From sequence record PV400809.1: a stretch of DNA of 64,000 bases; one strand, 5' to 3'. The notes under the pieces are model-generated. The model saw only the letters and a list, made by a program, of their open reading frames with translations, made no database searches and had not been told where the DNA came from. The position numbers and the translations under genes were made by a program. Positions 63,200 through 64,000 of this stretch are shown in pieces; position 1 is the first letter of the stretch; each line of letters starts with the position of its first letter.

Positions 63200-63216
63200 T
63201 CAGAGGAATTTCTTAA

Positions 63217-64000
63217 ATGGCTATTGGTGATGAAACAGTAACACCGGGTGAACTACCGGCAATTGTCGAGGAGTCTCGATGGGAAGAACACCTCCCGGCT
63301 ATGGTGACTGACGTACGAGTTCGCGGGGGAGACAACGGCGAGGGTGCGGCTAACTTCCAAGCTCGGGTGTTGGATGCACGTACCCGGTGGCTGAAGGAGA
63401 GTCTAGAATCCCTCTCAACTCAAGGGGTTGTTCTTAAAGGTAAACTCAATTCGGAAGCTGAACTGGAGGCTATTGATACCCAAGGGCTTCCGATCGGTAC
63501 GGCCTACTTCGTTAACTTTGCCCTACGGGTATGGAACGGTAACGAATGGGCGTCTTCGGGTTCCTTGCAAGGGGAACGGGGGATTAACATGTTGGGTGTT
63601 TGGCCTGACAACCTCGATCTCCCTCTGCCTGAAGGGAATAAACCCGGAGATGCCTACCTGTGGCGGAATGACATCCATGTTCTGGTTCCGGGTAAAACAG
63701 CAGGTGAGTTTGTCTGGGAAAGTTTGAACATTCGAGGTCCTGAGGGTAAGAGTACCTTCCAGCTGTGGAAAGAGATTCCTGGGAATGAAGAAAAGACCCT
63801 TCAGGAATTCCTGGCTTCCCAACGAGGAGATAAAGGTGCTCAGGGAGATGATGCGTTCGAAACCTGGAAGAAGATTCCCGGTAACGAGAACAAAACCATT
63901 ACAGAGTGGCAGGAAGCCATTCGGGGTGAACGCGGTGCTAACCTTCAGGTACAGGGAACTGTGGCTGACCGTAATGCGTTGAATGCTAAAGACCCGGTTG
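63217..64000 (+). CDS. Tail fibre protein with collagen-like repeats (partial, runs off window end; not in ORF track)
   Basis: SD GAGGA; MAIGDETVTPG...ANFQARVLDARTRWLKE...RGPEGKSTFQLWKEIPGNEEKT...RGDKGAQGDDAFETWKKIPGNENKT...RGERG; open to 64000. Confidence 0.85.
   Translation, partial: MAIGDETVTPGELPAIVEESRWEEHLPAMVTDVRVRGGDNGEGAANFQARVLDARTRWLKESLESLSTQGVVLKGKLNSEAELEAIDTQGLPIGTAYFVNFALRVWNGNEWASSGSLQGERGINMLGVWPDNLDLPLPEGNKPGDAYLWRNDIHVLVPGKTAGEFVWESLNIRGPEGKSTFQLWKEIPGNEEKTLQEFLASQRGDKGAQGDDAFETWKKIPGNENKTITEWQEAIRGERGANLQVQGTVADRNALNAKDPV

Noticed and set aside
1-64000. tRNA, rRNA, CRISPR array, IS or integrase
   Set aside because: No cloverleaf, regularly spaced repeat array or transposase/integrase motif was seen by eye; tRNAscan-SE and a CRISPR finder would be the decisive checks

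Overview
This window comes from a phiKZ-related (nucleus-forming clade) Pseudomonas jumbo phage, very close to phage EL and in the opposite orientation to the usual EL numbering. The assignment rests on a 292-aa endolysin matching my recollection of EL188, a 2543-aa tape-measure/lysin, split virion RNA polymerase subunits, and a gp175-type head protease. Gene order: N-terminal part of the large terminase (runs off the left end, missing from the ORF track, carries a Gln-initiated intein); baseplate, sheath and tube genes; a 9-kb accessory/early island (HD-like, secreted protein, dTMP kinase, QueC-like, Nudix); the head protease-endolysin-vRNAP operon; tape measure; RecA-like and RNase H-like genes; an SF2 helicase with a second intein; a small early-gene island; and tail-fibre genes, the last running off the right end. 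Main results: (1) a complete group I intron (28528-30299) carrying an HNH endonuclease splits the vRNAP beta-prime catalytic motif as DSDHD|GD, and its 60-codon second exon is absent from the ORF track; (2) two class 3 (WCT) inteins sit at the same GK|T position of two different P-loops; (3) an early-promoter-driven homolog of the host regulator AmrZ has a substituted DNA-contact residue; (4) an SGNH esterase carries a tail-fibre anchor; (5) the tape measure has tandem GH19 and M15 peptidoglycan-hydrolase domains; (6) a six-copy early promoter motif and hairpins with offset T-tracts recur. Homology calls are from motif recognition and memory, not database searches. No tRNA, rRNA or CRISPR array was seen.
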